From NCBI GenBank assembly GCA_963803435.1, contig CAWDML010000001.1, positions 64,001-128,000 on the forward strand: a stretch of 64,000 nt of DNA. Direction: 5' to 3'. Numbering within the stretch: the first letter of the stretch is position 1; each line of letters begins with the position of its first letter. Made by a program: the position numbers and the translations under genes. Positions 63,859 to 64,000 of the stretch are shown here, piece after piece. This stretch comes from an uncultured delta proteobacterium (GTDB lineage: Bacteria; Myxococcota; Kuafuiibacteriia; Kuafuiibacteriales; Kuafuiibacteriaceae). Under the pieces are notes generated by a model, which saw nothing but the letters and a program-made list of their open reading frames with translations, did not search any database and had not been told where the DNA came from.

Positions 63859-64000
63859 GCCGCACCTCCGCTCTCGAACCAATCGACGAGCTGTTTACGC
63901 ATATCCTCGCGCGCTCGCTGCAGATCCTTCCTGACCGCGGTCTCGGTCTTCTGGAACACCTCGGCCAGCTCGGTCACCGAGAAGCTGGCGAAGTAGCGGA
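63855..64000 (-). CDS. ECF sigma factor, C-terminal region 4 (partial at window edge)
   Basis: Manual translation 'RYFASFSVTELAEVFQKTETAVRKDLQRAREDMRKQL'. Confidence 0.75.
   Translation of the reverse strand, partial: RYFASFSVTELAEVFQKTETAVRKDLQRAREDMRKQLVDWFESGGAA

Overview
High-GC bacterial chromosome segment, most consistent with Myxococcota or a related deltaproteobacterial lineage (Cys-rich 'myxo' repeats, PEGA, FHA-DUF4388, Ser/Thr kinase-STAND fusion, DivIVA-yggS-maf). About 55 genes, mostly housekeeping (gap-pgk-tpiA-secG-tRNA-Leu, pruA, mreB, proC, ogt, iolG), plus peptidases, lipoproteins and signalling modules. At least ten ORFs are broken by small indels, which look like long-read errors. 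The standout locus is 48.1-49.4 kb, a self-contained transcription unit: sigma70 promoter, a 41-aa leader peptide ending RGP-stop, an attenuator-like terminator with a plausible antiterminator, an atypical tRNA-Ser(GCT), a D-armless tRNA-like element, a short-variable-arm tRNA(GAG), an HNH endonuclease gene and a terminator. It reads as a candidate translation-stress-inducible mini tRNA array/HNH operon. Other points: a defective IS1182-family element with ~70-bp microsatellite-containing inverted ends, a window-wide leaderless-mRNA signature, three sigma54 promoter candidates, an OmpR-type direct-repeat operator upstream of a vWA gene, a divergent FolP, a paralogous lipoprotein pair and a glycine-zipper pore-former-like protein. 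All calls are from reading the sequence; no searches were run.
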